Assembly: GCF_964213995.1 (NCBI RefSeq)
Contig: NW_027590163.1
Coordinates: forward strand, 62,001-126,000
Source of the DNA: Mustelus asterias
Taxonomy: Eukaryota
Direction of reading: 5' to 3'
DNA: 64,000 nucleotides
Part shown: positions 49,001 to 61,630 of the stretch, piece by piece
Position numbering within the stretch: the stretch's first letter is position 1
Layout: each line of letters begins with the position of its first letter
Translations under genes and position numbers: made by a program
Notes under the pieces: model-generated
The model's input: the letters and a program-made list of their open reading frames with translations, nothing else
The model's database searches: none
What the model was told of the DNA's origin: nothing

Positions 49001-52000
49001 TCAGTACCACTTACCCGCCTGATCCCCATAACCCTTAATTCCCTTACCGATCAGGAATCCATCCATCCGCGCTTTAAACATATTCAGCGAGGTAGCCTCC
49101 ACCACCTCAGTGGGCAGAGAATTCCAGAGATTCACCACCCTCTGGGAGAAGACGTTCCTCCTCAACTCTGTCTTAAACCGACCCCCCTTTATTTTGAGAC
49201 TGTGTCCTCTAGTTTTAACTTCCTTACTAAGTGGAAAGAATCTCTCCGCCTCCACCCTATCCAGCCCCCGCATTATCTTATAAGTCTCCATAAGATCCCC
49301 CCTCATTCTTCCAAACTCCAACGAGTACAAACCCAATCTCCTCAGCCTCTCCTCATAATCCAAACCCCTCATCTCCGGTATCAACCTGGTGAACCTTCTC
49401 TGCACTCCCTCCAATGCCAATATATCCTTCCTCATATAAGGGGACCAATACTGCACACAGTATTCCAGCTGCGGCCTCACCAATGCCCTGTACAGGTGCA
49501 TCAAGACATCCCTGCTTTTATATTCTATCCCCCTCGCAATATAGGCCAAGATCCCATTTGCCTTCTTGATCACCTGTTGTACCTGCAGACTGGGCTTTTG
49601 CGTCTCATGCACAAGGACCCCCAGGTCCCTTTGCACGGTAGCATGTTTTAATTTGTTTCCATTGAGATAGTAATCCCATTTGTTATTATTTCCTCCAAAG
49701 TGTATAACCTCGCATTTCTCAACGTTATACTCCATTTGCCATATCCTCGCCCACTCACTCAGCCTGTCCAAATCTCTCTGCAGATCTTCTCCGTCCTCCA
49801 CACGATTCACTTTTCCACTTATCTTTGTGTCGTCTGCAAACTTCGTTACCCTACACTCCGTCCCCTCCTCCAGATCATCTATATAAATGGTAAATAGTTG
49901 CGGCCCGAGCACCGAACCCTGCGGCACGCCACTAGTTACCTTCCTCCAACCGGAAAAACACCCATTTATTCCGACTCTTTGCTTCCTGTCGGATAGCCAG
50001 TCCCCAATCCACTTTAACACACTACCCCCAACTCCGTATGCCCTAATCTTCTTCAGCAGCCTTTTATGGGGCACCTTATCAAACGCCTTTTGGAAATCCA
50101 AGAACACCGCATCCACCGGTTCTCCTCCATCAACCGCCCTAGTCACATCTTCATAAAAATCCAACATGTTCGTCAAGCACGACTTTCCCCTCATGAATCC
50201 ATGCTGCGTCTGATTGATCGTACCATTTCTATCCAGATGCCCTGCTATCTCCTCTTTAATAATGGATTCCAGCATTTTCCCTACTACAGATGTTAAGCTG
50301 ACCGGCCTATGGTTACCCCCCTTTTGTCTCCTTCCTTTTTTAAACAGCGGCGTAACATTAGCCGTTTTCCAATCAACGGGCACTACCCCAGAATGCAACG
50401 GGTTTTGATAAACAATCACTAACGCATCCACTATTACCTCTGACATTTCTTTCAATACCCTGGGATGCATTCCATCTGACCCGGGGACTTGTCCACCTTC
50501 AGTCCCATTAGTCTACCCAGCACTGCCTCTCTGGTAACATTAATTGTATTAAGTATTTCTCCTGCTGCCAACCCTCTATCGTTAATATTTGGCAAACTAT
50601 TTGTGTCCTCCACCATGAAGACCGACACAAAAAACTTATTTAAAGACTCAGCCATATCCTCATTTCCCACTATTAACTCCCCCCTCTCGTCCTCCAAGGG
50701 TCCAGCATTCACTCTAGCCACTCTATTCCTTTTTATATATTTATAAAAACTTTTACTATCATTTTTTATATTAATTGCTAGCCTAGCTTCATAGTCTATC
50801 CTTCTTTTCTTTATCGCTTTCTTAGTCTCTCTTTGTTGTTTCTTAAATTTTTCCCAATCACTTGTTTCTCCACTATTTTTGGCCACTCTGTACGCAGCTG
50901 TTTTTATTTTAATGCTCTCCTTTATTTCCTTCATTATCCACGGCTGGTTCTCCCTTTTCTTACAATCCTTGTTTTTTGCTGGAATATATTTTTGCTGAGA
51001 ACTGAAAAGGATCTCCTTAAAAATCCTCCACTGTTCCTCAGCTATCCTACCTGCCAGCCTGCTCTCCCAGTCTACCTTAGCCAATTCATCCCTCATCCTA
51101 TCATATTTCCCTCTGTTCAAACAGAGGACACTGGTTTGGGACCAAACTTTCTCCTCTTCCATCTGAATCAGAAATTCGACCATATTGTGGTCACTAGACC
51201 CAAGAGGGTCCTTCACAATAAGATCCTTAATTCTACCTACCTCGTTACACAATACCAGATCCAAAATAGCTCGTTCCCTCGTCGGTTCCGTAACATGCTG
51301 TTCAAGGAAACTATCCCGACAGCATTCTAAGAACTCTTCCTCCATTCCACCCTTACCGACTTGAGTCTGCCAGTCCATGTGCATGTTGAAGTCCCCCATG
51401 ATTATTGCCGTTCCGTTTTTACACGCATCCCTTATCTGCTTGTTTATAGCCCTCCCTACCTCAACATTATTATTCGGGGGCCTATATACCACACCTACTA
51501 GTGTCTTTCTCCCTCTACTATTCCTCATCTCTACCCATAATGATTCCACGTTTTGTTCCTCAGAGCCTATGTCATCCCTCAGTACTACCCTGATATTATC
51601 TCTTATTAATAGCGCGACCCCACCACCTTTTCCTTCCTGTCTATTCTTCCTAAACGCCTGCTACCCCTGGATATTCATCTCCCAGTCCTGGTCACCTTTC
51701 AGCCACGTTTCTGTAATGGCCACTAGATCGTACCCACTTGTGCTGATTTGCACCATCAACTCATTTACCTTGTTCCGAATGCTTCGTGCATTCAGGCAAA
51801 GTGTCCTTATTCCAGCTTTTATCTGGACCCGCTTTGATGAGTCGCGAACACCCTCTCCCTCTACTCCCTTATCTAAATTACCGCCTTCATTCACTTGCAC
51901 CCTCTCCTCTACCATTAATTTTGTAATTCCCCTTACCCCTGCATCCTCCCCCCCATCAATTAGTTCCTTGATCCTAGTCAACTCTTCTAGCTCCCCTCCC

Positions 52001-52005
52001 CCCAA
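49001..52005 (-). pseudogene. CR1 ORF2 (APE endonuclease + reverse transcriptase), one nonsense and one frameshift
   Basis: CLNARSIRNK, ITETWL, GDFN, SDH (APE); KFADD (RT); in-frame stop 51661-51663; frameshift ~50475. Confidence 0.9.
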
Positions 52006-52010
52006 CCTAT

Positions 52011-52949
52011 CTAGTTTAAATTCTCCCCAGTAGCCTTAGCCAACCTACCGGCCAGGATATTGGTCCCCGTGTGATTCAAGTTCCACCCGTTTTTTGTATA
52101 CAGATCACCCCTGCCCCTAAAGAGGTCCCAATGGTCCAGGAACCTGAATCCCTGCCCCCTGCACCAGTCCCTCAGCCACACATTCATCTTCCACCTCACT
52201 CCATTCCTGCCCTCACCTTCCCGTGGCACAGGCAGTAATCCTGAGATTACTACCTTTGCTTTCCTCTTTCTCAGCTGTCTCCCTAATTCCCTGTACTCCC
52301 TTTTCATGACCCCTTCCCCCTTCCTACCCACATCAGCGGTACCAATATGTACCGCTACCTCAGGCTCCTCTCCCTCCCACCTCAGGATTTCCGGGACGCG
52401 ACTAGCGACATCCTGGATCCCGGCCCCAGGGAGGCAGACCACCATGCGAGAATCCCGCCTACCTCCGCAGAAACGCCTGTCTGTCCCCTTCACCATCGAG
52501 TCCCCGATTAATACCGCCTTCCTCCTCTTTTCCTTAGCCCTCTGAGTTACAGGGCTGGACTCCACTGCGGAGACACGGCCACTGCTGCTTCCCCCAGGCG
52601 GGCTGTCCCCCCCAGCAGTATTCAAGCAGGAGTACTTGTTGTGCAGGGGCAAATCCACTGGGGTGCTCTCAACCACCCTAGCCTTACCCTTCCTGGCCGT
52701 CACCCACTTGGCCTCCTCCCGTGGCCCTGGTGTGACCACCTGATGATAGCTCTTGTCTATCACCTCCTCATTCTCCCTCATCAGCCTAAGATCCTCGAGC
52801 TGCAGTTCCAGCTCCCTAACACGGTCCCTCAGGAACCGCAGCTCGACACACCCCTCACAGATGTGGATGTCCGGGAGGCCAGATGCCTCCAGGACCTCCC
52901 ACATCCTACACTGGGAACAACACACTGGTTTCACACTCATATTGGACAC
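52011..52949 (-). CDS. CR1 ORF1p: Zn-finger/coiled coil plus SGNH esterase domain
   Basis: CSQC..CEGC, heptad LRDRVRELELQL, IGDS block, CLPGA, HIGT. Confidence 0.85.
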   Translation of the reverse strand: MSNMSVKPVCCSQCRMWEVLEASGLPDIHICEGCVELRFLRDRVRELELQLEDLRLMRENEEVIDKSYHQVVTPGPREEAKWVTARKGKARVVESTPVDLPLHNKYSCLNTAGGDSPPGGSSSGRVSAVESSPVTQRAKEKRRKAVLIGDSMVKGTDRRFCGGRRDSRMVVCLPGAGIQDVASRVPEILRWEGEEPEVAVHIGTADVGRKGEGVMKREYRELGRQLRKRKAKVVISGLLPVPREGEGRNGVRWKMNVWLRDWCRGQGFRFLDHWDLFRGRGDLYTKNGWNLNHTGTNILAGRLAKATGENLN

Positions 52950-53107
52950 TTTATGTCAAGTTAGACAGTGAAAAGTTAATAAGAATGTAAGGAAACAAAA
53001 ACTCACCCCTGCTCGTCCAAGCCCTGTGAGCCAAAGCCCTGACAGCTCACTCAACTTCCCACTCACTCTGCTGCCCGCTACGATGCTGCCCGCTGTATAC
53101 TTTGGTG

Positions 53108-53450
53108 CACTTTTAAACCCTCCAAAAACTTCCCCAGGCCACTCCTGGCCCTACTTCCGGTTTTGAAAAAAACCTCCGATTTTAAACCCAAAATTAACTG
53201 AAAAAATAAATAATTAATTAAAGTCAGAAAACCCACTCTCTTACCCTCAGCCTGCTCCTGGGAACAATGAAGCTGAACCTCCAAGGTAAGCCCTTTTTAA
53301 ACCCTCCAAAAACTTCCCCAGGCCCCTCCTGGCCCGACTTCCGGTTTTGAAAAAAACCTCCGATTTTAAACCCGAAATTAACTGAAAAATTAAATAATTA
53401 ATTAAAGTCAGAAAACCCACTCTCTTACCCTCTGCCTGCTCCTGGGAACA
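53108..53450 (-). repeat. Two tandem ~183-bp monomers in the CR1 5' UTR
   Basis: ttttaaaccctccaaaaacttccccagg...ctcctgggaaca repeated at ~53111 and ~53295. Confidence 0.85.
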
Positions 53451-53833
53451 TCATCATAGGACAACTCCCTCATCTCAGGATCCAATCTTTCGAACATTCC
53501 CTCTGCAACCTCCAATGAAAGTCTATCAGTTCTCCACCGTGGGGATCAAAACTGCACAGAATGTTGCAGCTGTGGTCTCAGAAGAACCAGGTTACAATTG
53601 TGGCAGACTTCTTGATTCTTCCATTTCATTCTCCTGATAATGAAGACCCAAATACCCATTCATCACTTTGAACATCAACACATAACTTTCTCAACATTTT
53701 CAAGTAGGTCCTGTTCTTTCTACTTCTCTCCCTCCGTAACTAAATCTTCTTGCTCATTAATCTAAAATGTCTGTCTCCCCCCGACAGCTTATTTCACCAT
53801 CTAACTTGTTACCGGAATCTCAAACGTAACCTC

Positions 53834-53897
53834 AGGCTCCAGCGAGAATTTGACTCGCGACCATTGGTTTACAAAAAAACAGTGCTGTAATGAAGCC
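53834..53897 (-). pseudogene. tRNA-Thr(TGT) pseudogene
   Basis: gcactg...tgtaaacca.tggtcgcgagt...ctcgctggagcct on minus. Confidence 0.55.
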
Positions 53898-54593
53898 AAC
53901 TACTTGCGAAGATCGACAGTAAGTTTACCACAAACTGTGGAGCAGGCTGAATTTTTGTTGGTTGATATTTGATGGGTGTGGAAATGTCTGAGATGTAGAA
54001 CAGGGAGTTAAAATAATGTGACTTGAGAGCGGCAGATTTGGGCATGTATCAAATTCTTGAGTGAACAATGTTTGGGCCATGTGATTTATCTTCTGAGCTT
54101 GTTGTTGTTGTTACATCTCTGACTTTTCCAAGTCTGATACAAGATATCCAGCTGGAAGGTGAGTCTTGTTTTGCCCTTCACAGACACTGACTGAAAGCAG
54201 AAAATGCTGGTTACACGCAGCAACGCAGTTGATGCAAATGACGAATGCAAATCATACTGAAATCGGAGCTGTTCTGAAATTGAAGTATTGGAATTTTTCG
54301 CGTGTGAGGCGAACTAAACTGCACATATACAATGACGGGTTTTGAACTAACGGATCTACTTTGCTGGAGGACGAACGAAGCTGGTTCCACAAGCCTATCA
54401 ATTGCCCACAGCAATTCATGTTTGCATTGCCTCTGCTCGTTCCTCCTGTCAAAATGAATAATGCTACATTCTACTGCATGAATTTTTAGTGATTACATGT
54501 TCGATTAATGACGTTAGAAGTAATGACGTTTAAAGTAAATTGTAGAGTAACTGTTACATTGGACCTGCGGTTGGCTTAATAGCTTAGAAACTA

Positions 54594-54650
54594 GTAATCG
54601 TGTCCGAGTGATTAACGTGATCGAGTTAAAATCCATTGGGATTTCCCGCT
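54594..54650 (+). pseudogene. tRNA-Ser 5' relic
   Basis: gtaatcgtgtccgagtgattaa...aaatccattggg. Confidence 0.45.
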
Positions 54651-55096
54651 TTTCATTATTCCTGCTTTTAATTGTATGTCTACAGAGTGAATTAAATCAA
54701 ATCCATGCAAAAACTCGGGCGTGTTCCCATTTCCGTTAATTCACAGAAGCATTCACGGATGCTGCAGCCGGAACTGGAACACATCAGAACCATGTTAGTG
54801 TCAGGCTTGTTTTCATTGTGTTTGTCTCTCCTTAGGCCCCTGTCTCTCGGGTGTGTGTATTTGCTTCGTTTTCTCTGTGTCTCAATGTGCTTCAGTTCCC
54901 GATGGGAACGAACAGCTGTTACCGTCACAAAATGATTCATATTCGTTCAAAAGTTGAATCTCGAAATGTTACAGAGAAAAGATCAGAATGAAAGCTGTAA
55001 GAGGAGTTTGTAATGTTTGAAGGAACTGCAGCTAAGAACTGGAAGATTTGAAATATGTTATTGATGGTTGAGAGGAACGCATTGTAACCTTGGGGA

Positions 55097-55336
55097 TAAA
55101 AGCAAATTGCTGCGGATGCTGGAATCTGAAACCAAAAGGCGAAATGCTGGAAAATCTCAGCAGGTCCGGCAACATCTGTAAGGAAAGAAATGAGCAGACG
55201 TTTCGAGTCCAGATGGCCCTTTTCAAAGCTGACATTTCTAATTGAGCTTTGAAAAAGTGTCACCTGGACTCGAAACATCAGCTCCTTTCTCTCCTTACAG
55301 ATTCTGGCAGACCTGCTGGGATTTTCCAGCATTTTC
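55097..55336. mobile_element. Fold-back family-B element
   Basis: Inverted arms either side of ~55235 with degenerate hammerhead cores (gactcgaaac). Confidence 0.7.
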
Positions 55337-55466
55337 TTGGTAACCTTGGGGATGCTGTTCGTCCATTAATTGTAAACTTTGTAATCAGAACAAACTGAGA
55401 CACCAGATTCGAACAATATTTGGGTTCATGCATATTAAGAGTCGGACAACGGTAATCACAGCAGTA

Positions 55467-55538
55467 GCCTGGCTATCTTAGTCGGTTGCATGGCAGATGT
55501 AATTGCAGAGTCTTGGGTTCAAGCCCAACGTTTGGCGC
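55467..55538 (+). pseudogene. tRNA-Lys pseudogene
   Basis: gcctggcta..tagtcgg...gggttcaagcccaacgtttggcg. Confidence 0.55.
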
Positions 55539-55554
55539 CATAGTTTTTATACTC

Positions 55555-57390
55555 TGCTGATTTCCTGGTTAAATTCCAGCTCTCCATTCCTCCGGCAGTG
55601 ACACCACTCAAACTGAGACTTTCTCCATCCCGCGTTGTTCATCTCACAATTACGGATTTCTGAATAAAAACTATTTGCAATCAGTAGAAGTCAAATAGTT
55701 TAGTGTTTCATTCAGAGAGAAGTTTTCTAGAAGTCATTTAGCCCGAGATTTTTATCCAGAAATAAGTGATATTTCTGTCAATGTAAACGGTTAAATCTGA
55801 CCTCTTACCACCCGGATTTTAGCTTGTATCACCATCTCCATCGTCAGCGCTTTGCAGCTTATCACTGCCTTTGACTGTCTGTGTTTGATCTCAGCCTGTC
55901 ACCCATGTAACATTTCCAACTCGGAAACAAAACTACAAATCTCACTGCACTGATTCTGGCAGAGGTGCCTTGGAACAGGAAGTATTGCTGGCTTGTTTAT
56001 TTTTTAAAATCTGAATATATCGAAGGCAGTCTGCGACCCTGAAAGCGCCGAATCCGAACCACAAGACCACCAGGATCTCATCTGCCCGATTCTCCCAGAT
56101 ACTGATTACAGCAACGTGCACAGCGCCAGTTATCCACAGGCACAAACTCCTTCCTGTCTATTAAGATTTGAAATTGTTTATATTTTCACATTGGCTTCCA
56201 TTGTGACGAAAGCAGAGCTGTGATAAGCTGATGTTGTTCAGTACATTTACCGCAGTAAGGTTCATATCAGTTCGATGCTAACATTGCTCTTTGAATGTGG
56301 TGAGGTACAGTGAAATTTAATGCAGTTGAAGGTAGCTTACACATTTTGACAGAATGAACCAGCAAGGGCACTGTGAATGTGGATTGCTTTGGTAATTGAC
56401 GGGATTGTGAGTGGGACTGATATTTCTCCCTGCTGTTCAAATTGGCACAGGCATTGAACGAACATTGTCAGAGTGCCATGTGCTTGGTTCCGTGGTGTCA
56501 TGGTGAGCTCTCTGGGCTCTGAATCCAGCGATCCGAGTTCAAATCTCGGCGGAACCTTGCTTTAATTTGTCAACGCAGATGATTGATATGATACTGGGCG
56601 TTTCGTTTAATTTTCTCACAAAGTCAGAATCGAGAGAACAATTTGTCAGCCAGTTCAATTGCTAAGACAGTGCACATTGCTGAGCCACTGGCGCCAGATG
56701 CCTGCAATGTCAGTGCATTTCATCTTTTATCTACAGTTTAAACCATCTGTTGGAAGACAGAAGCAGTTGGTGTCACAAAATAACAGTGCGACTGGAGTCT
56801 GGTAATAATTGAGCAAGTGTGTGTGTGTGTGTTTGAAAGAGAGAATGTGTAGGTGTGTGTGTGTGTGTGTGTGTGTTTTGGGAGAAAAGTATTGTGTCTT
56901 CGCTCAGAGTGCTGTCAATTCCATGGTGTAACGGATCGCACTCTGGCCTGTCGCCTCCGAAGTCTGGTTTAAGTTGGGACAGATGAGTGAGTGAATGACA
57001 CGACACATGAAGGTGGACCCCCTGCCCACTGTGGCTTCCGTGTCTCTCAGAGTTTTGTATTCTTGAGGAAAAGTCCTTTGGAGCTGATGCAGTGACGCCA
57101 GGAGAGTCATTCGCTGCATCGTCTGCAATGTGATTGCGGTGGAATTTGCTGAGATTTCCTCAGTGGTTAGACTTCCACTTTCTGAGAATTTGAAATAAAA
57201 TGCCCTTCAGCAAAAAAAAAGCAATGCGCTGGCGGGATTGAACTCGGATTGTTGGATTCAAGGTTCAGAGTCCTCACCGGTAAACCACGGATCCCGAAAC
57301 GCGCCCACAAGCTGCAAATGATCACTCGAAGAATTTGACCTCTTTCATTCGATGTGGCAGCAACAGCAAGTGCAACAGAAACGCCTCACT
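55555..57390 (+). repeat. Diverged duplicate of ~35195-37000 tRNA-Gln cassette
   Basis: Colinear unique sequence and tRNA order. Confidence 0.8.
56486..56557 (+). pseudogene. tRNA-Gln(CTG), D-arm mutated
   Basis: Full length; A14->C and D-stem mismatch. Confidence 0.7.
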
Positions 57391-59474
57391 CTGCGAAGAC
57401 ACAGTCCCCCAGTTCGACATCAAGTCATTTCCTTCGCAAGCCGTATCGGGAGATAGCAGCAGAAATAGTCATGTCTCACAGGTCATTTGCAGCGCTTTGT
57501 TGTATCCTGCGTTCCGTGGTGTAACGGTAAGCACTCTGGACTTTGAATCCAACGATCTGCGTTCAAACTTCAGCGAGGCCGTCCCTTTCTTTGCCAATAA
57601 TGATGATTGCTTTGCGGAAGAGCATTTCATTTAAATTTTTCACAAAGTGTGAATCGAGAGGACAATTTGTCAGCCAGTTCAACTGCTATTTCAATGCACA
57701 TTGTTGATGCACCGGCGCCAGGTGCTTGCAACATCTGTGTTTTTCTCCCTTACTTTTCGCTACTCTTTAAAGCTTTGTCGAAACAAAGGAGCAGTTGGTG
57801 CCAAACAACAACAATCCTTCGAAAGTAGTCTGGCAATTATTGAGAAAGAGTGTGCAAGTGATATCTGGGTGAAAGGTTTCCTGCCTTAAACATGCGCCCT
57901 GTTGGTTCCATGGTGTAACGGTTAGCACTCTGGTTTCTTAATCCAGCAATCCGAGTTTGAATCTCGGGGAACCAGTATGCTCATCATCCCAACTCTTGTT
58001 TAACTTGGGGCAAGTGATTCAATGAATGGTATCGGTAGGGGAACCCTGACCAATGTGGCTTTTCTGGCACGGTGGCACAGTGGTTAGCACTGCTGCCTCA
58101 CAGTGCCAGGAACCGGGGTTCAGTTCTGTCTTCGGGTGTCTGTCTATGTGCAGTTTGCACTTTCTCCCCTTGTGGAAGGAAAACGAGCACCCGGCGGACA
58201 ATCCAATGATGTGCGGCTTCGGGTGATTGGCCATGCTAAATTGTCCATAGCATCAGAGGGACGAACAGGGCAAATACGTGGGGTTACGGGGATCGAGCCT
58301 GGGTGGGATTGTTGCCGGTGCAGGCTCGATGGACCGAATGGCTCCCGTCTGCACAGGAGGGATTCAATGATTCTGTGTCTGAGCGTTTTGTATTCTTGAG
58401 CAATCGTTCTCTCGGGTTGAGGCAATGACACCAGCAGAGTCATTCGCTGCATCGTCTGCAGTGTTTAAAATACCACTTTCTGAGAATTTTAAATAAAATG
58501 CCCTTCAGCAAACCCATCATCGGCTTTGGCAAAGAAAAGCAAGGTTACACCGAGATCTAAATTCGGATCGCTGGATTCAGAGTCCAGAGTGTTCGCCATT
58601 ACACCACAGATCCAGGAGCACAGCAGCCATCTGCAAATGGTCACTCAAAGCATGTGACCTCTTTCATTCAATATGGCAGCAACACCAAGTGGGTGAAATG
58701 CTTTGAGTGAGAATTAGCAGCTGGCTGCTCTGTTCTATGTGCTCTGGTCGAATGGTGAGCACTCTGGATCCAGAGGCGGATTTTTGATTTCTTTCCAAAA
58801 GCTGATGATTAGTTTACTGAAGGAAATTTCGTTTAAATTTTTCACCAAGTACGAAGCGAGAGGACAAATTGTCAGCCAGTTTAACTTCTATTACATTGCA
58901 CATTGCTGAGCCTCTGGCGACAGATGCCTGCAACATCAGTGTTTTTTTAAAGTCTTTTCTCTTCTCTTTAACTTGTCTGTTCAAAGAAAGGGGCAGCTGA
59001 TGTCACATAACAACTATTCAACTGGAGACAGACAATTATTGTGCAAGTGTGTGTGTGTGTGTGAGTTGGAAGAATGGTCTAGTATTTTAGGTCAGAGTGC
59101 TGTCGTTTCCATGGTGTAACGGTTAGCACTCTGGACTGTCGCCGTCCCACCTCTTACGTAGATTGGGACAGATGAGTGAGTCAATAACATCTGTAGGTGG
59201 ACCCCCTGCTTTCTGTGGCACCTCTGCCTCTGAGCCCTTTGTATTCTTGAGCAGTCGTCCTCTGGGGATGATGCAATGGCGCCAGGAGACACATTCACTG
59301 CATCGTCTGCAGTGTATTTGCGGTGGAATTTGATGAAAACATTTCAATGTTCCGAATTCCACTTTCTGAGCCTTTGAAATAAAATGTCCTTCAGCAAACC
59401 GGTCATCGGCTTCAGCAAAGAAAAGCAAGGTTTCACCAAGATTTGAACTCAGATCGTTGGTTTCAGTGTCCAGA
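56918..59474. pseudogene. Tandem tRNA-Gln pseudogenes (+56918 half, -57224-57295, +57510-57581, +57904-57974, -58542-58613, +58738 fragment, +59106 half, -59428-59474)
   Basis: Recognisable Gln sequences in repeating +,+,- units. Confidence 0.7.
58045..58372 (+). mobile_element. HE1-like SINE inserted in Gln unit
   Basis: ggcacggtggcacagtggttagcactgctgcctcacag head. Confidence 0.8.
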
Positions 59475-59489
59475 AAGAGTCATTTTTCA

Positions 59490-60190
59490 CAGGGGCAAAT
59501 GCCCATTCATAAATCACACAGAAACGTCCCTTCGGCCCATCGCGTCCCCACCAGTCAAAATCGTCTCTCAATTCTAATCCCATGTTCCAGCACTTGGTCC
59601 AGTGCCGTATGTGCTTTGGCTTCACAGTGCATATCGGAATATGTCTTCAATGTTAAGAAGGTCTCTGCCCCGCCATCCTTTCAGCTCGCGATTTCCAGCC
59701 TCCCATCACCCTCTGGGGGAAAAGTTGTTTTCATCGCATCCCCAATAAACCTCGTGCCAATTACATTAAATCTTTACTCCGAGTCATTGGTCTCTCCACC
59801 AAATGGAAAAGTTGATTCCTGTGTACTCTCGCCATGGTCCTTATAGTTATGAGAGACATGGAAACAGTGGACAAGGAACAGCTGTTCCACTGAGCTGAAT
59901 GGTCAGCCACAAGAGGACACGGGGTTAAGATGAGGCTTAGGGGGGATCTGAGGATTTCCTTTCTTAACCAGAGGGTGGTGACGGTTTGAAATCCGCTACA
60001 TGGGAGGCTGTAGAGGCGGATTGCTTCACATCCTTTAAGAAGTATCTCGATGAGCACTTGGCACATCAGAACATTCAGGACTATGGGCCAATGCTGGTGG
60101 ATGGGATTAGGTGGCAGTTCGGATGTTTCTAATGTGTTGGTGAGGACTCGATCGGCCAAAGGGCCTCCTCTGCGCTGTATTATTCGATGA
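59490..60190. mobile_element. Two old CR1 3' fragments back to back (- then +)
   Basis: CR1 3' motifs on opposite strands meeting at ~59848. Confidence 0.55.
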
Positions 60191-60224
60191 TACTAAGAAA
60201 TCCCGGGTCAGAACCAGCCCTGGT

Positions 60225-60325
60225 GTGAATCCGATCACAACAGTGAAGTATTTGAATGGTTCCTCTCCAGTGTGACTCTACTATTGTATCAGTGAATGGG
60301 ATGACCGAGTGAATCCCTTTTCACT
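60225..60325 (-). pseudogene. ZNF relic
   Basis: EKGFTRSSHSLIQ**SHTGEEPF. Confidence 0.5.
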
Positions 60326-60639
60326 TTCAGCTGCTAATGACCTTATTCACACTTTGATTTTACCAGTCAGTTTTCAGCTCACAGGGGGATCTCAGAGCTT
60401 TCTTTGCAATAATTCCTTATTGCGGGAACTCACCAATTAAACACAGTTATCCTGCTGCAGATGATTTACATTGCAATAAAAGCAGTAAATCCTGGAACTT
60501 TCAGCCAATCTGAGTGCGTCTGTGAAGAGCGAAACATTGTTTACATTTCCAGTCTATGTTCTTTCATTGGAATTGCATTGTGTCTCTGCGCAACTCGATT
60601 GGCTCTGTTTATCAATACACTGAAGCTGTCACTGAAAAC

Positions 60640-60738
60640 TACCCCCCTCCGCCCCTCCCCCTCACCACACCTAACCCCCCCCCCCCACGCCACCGCCCCC
60701 CCCCCCCCCGCCGCCCCCCCCCCCCTCCCCCCCGCCCA
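60640..60738 (-). repeat. Poly-C / G-quadruplex-prone tract
   Basis: Long C runs on plus strand. Confidence 0.8.
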
Positions 60739-61566
60739 ACTTCACTGGGAGTAAATGGAAAACGTTTGTCATTGCAGCCGAACAAATATTCCTTTATGGG
60801 ATATTCCATCAACACCTGATGGGACAGAGGGGACATCATTTTAAAATATCCGTCAGTGCAGCAAACTCTCAGTTATTGCGGGAGTTTTAACCTATATTGT
60901 TGTGTTCAAGTGGCAGTAATACAATTTGGCCGAATGACATTCCAAAATCGTTACCAACAGAGTCACAGGAAATTAAACTATTGAATGTAACAGAATTAAT
61001 GGCAGGATTAGAGGGAGTGGTTCAGTAATGCATTTCACCCAGACGGTGGCTTATAGAACTCACAGCCTGAGCTGTGATGAGGCAGAACCCTCCATTGGTT
61101 TTGAAAATAGAATACTTGGAAAAATAGTTGTGGTCCTGTAACCGACGGAGATGCAGAGAAACAGATACAATGTGGGATAAAACTGGAAGAAATTAGAGAT
61201 TTAATGGTTTACAAACAAAAACAGAGTCAAGGAAAACAGATGATGAGAGGAGGAAAGATCAAACGTCCTTACGATAAAATGAAAGGCTGGAGTGATTGAA
61301 TGACAACGGGAATCATTATTGTTTCCACTGACACAATATCCCAGATTTGGTTTCAAATTTGGCGCAAAATTAGAAGAATCCTTCTCGCTGAATAAAGCAC
61401 TAAACTAGTCGACTTGCAGGGAAACAGAGATAACTTTAAAGCAGAAAGCAATAAATGTGATGTGAACAAAGTGGGATGGAGAAAGTCTCAGTTTCAGCGT
61501 TGACACTGCCGGGGGAAAGTGGAGCTGGAGTTCACCCAGGAAAGCAGCAAAGTTTAAAAGTAATGA

Positions 61567-61630
61567 CACCTAACTGGGGCTCAAACCCTGAAATTAAAGC
61601 TTCATGTTTTACCGACTGAGCTAGCCAGGA
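61567..61630 (-). pseudogene. tRNA-Lys pseudogene in duplicate of the 37850-39130 cassette
   Basis: cctggctagctcagtcggtaaaacatg on minus; flanks colinear with 37850-39130. Confidence 0.6.

Larger units (their letters stand above)
48900..53450 (-). mobile_element. Near full-length CR1 LINE nested in an older CR1
   Basis: 5' UTR with tandem duplication, ORF1, ORF2 (APE + RT), (ttcttatg)n tail; older CR1 continues at 48780-48900 and 53450-53670. Confidence 0.93.

Noticed and set aside
60461-60839. Pro-rich and Gly-rich ORFs
   Set aside because: Translation of a poly-C tract, which may also be error-prone sequence
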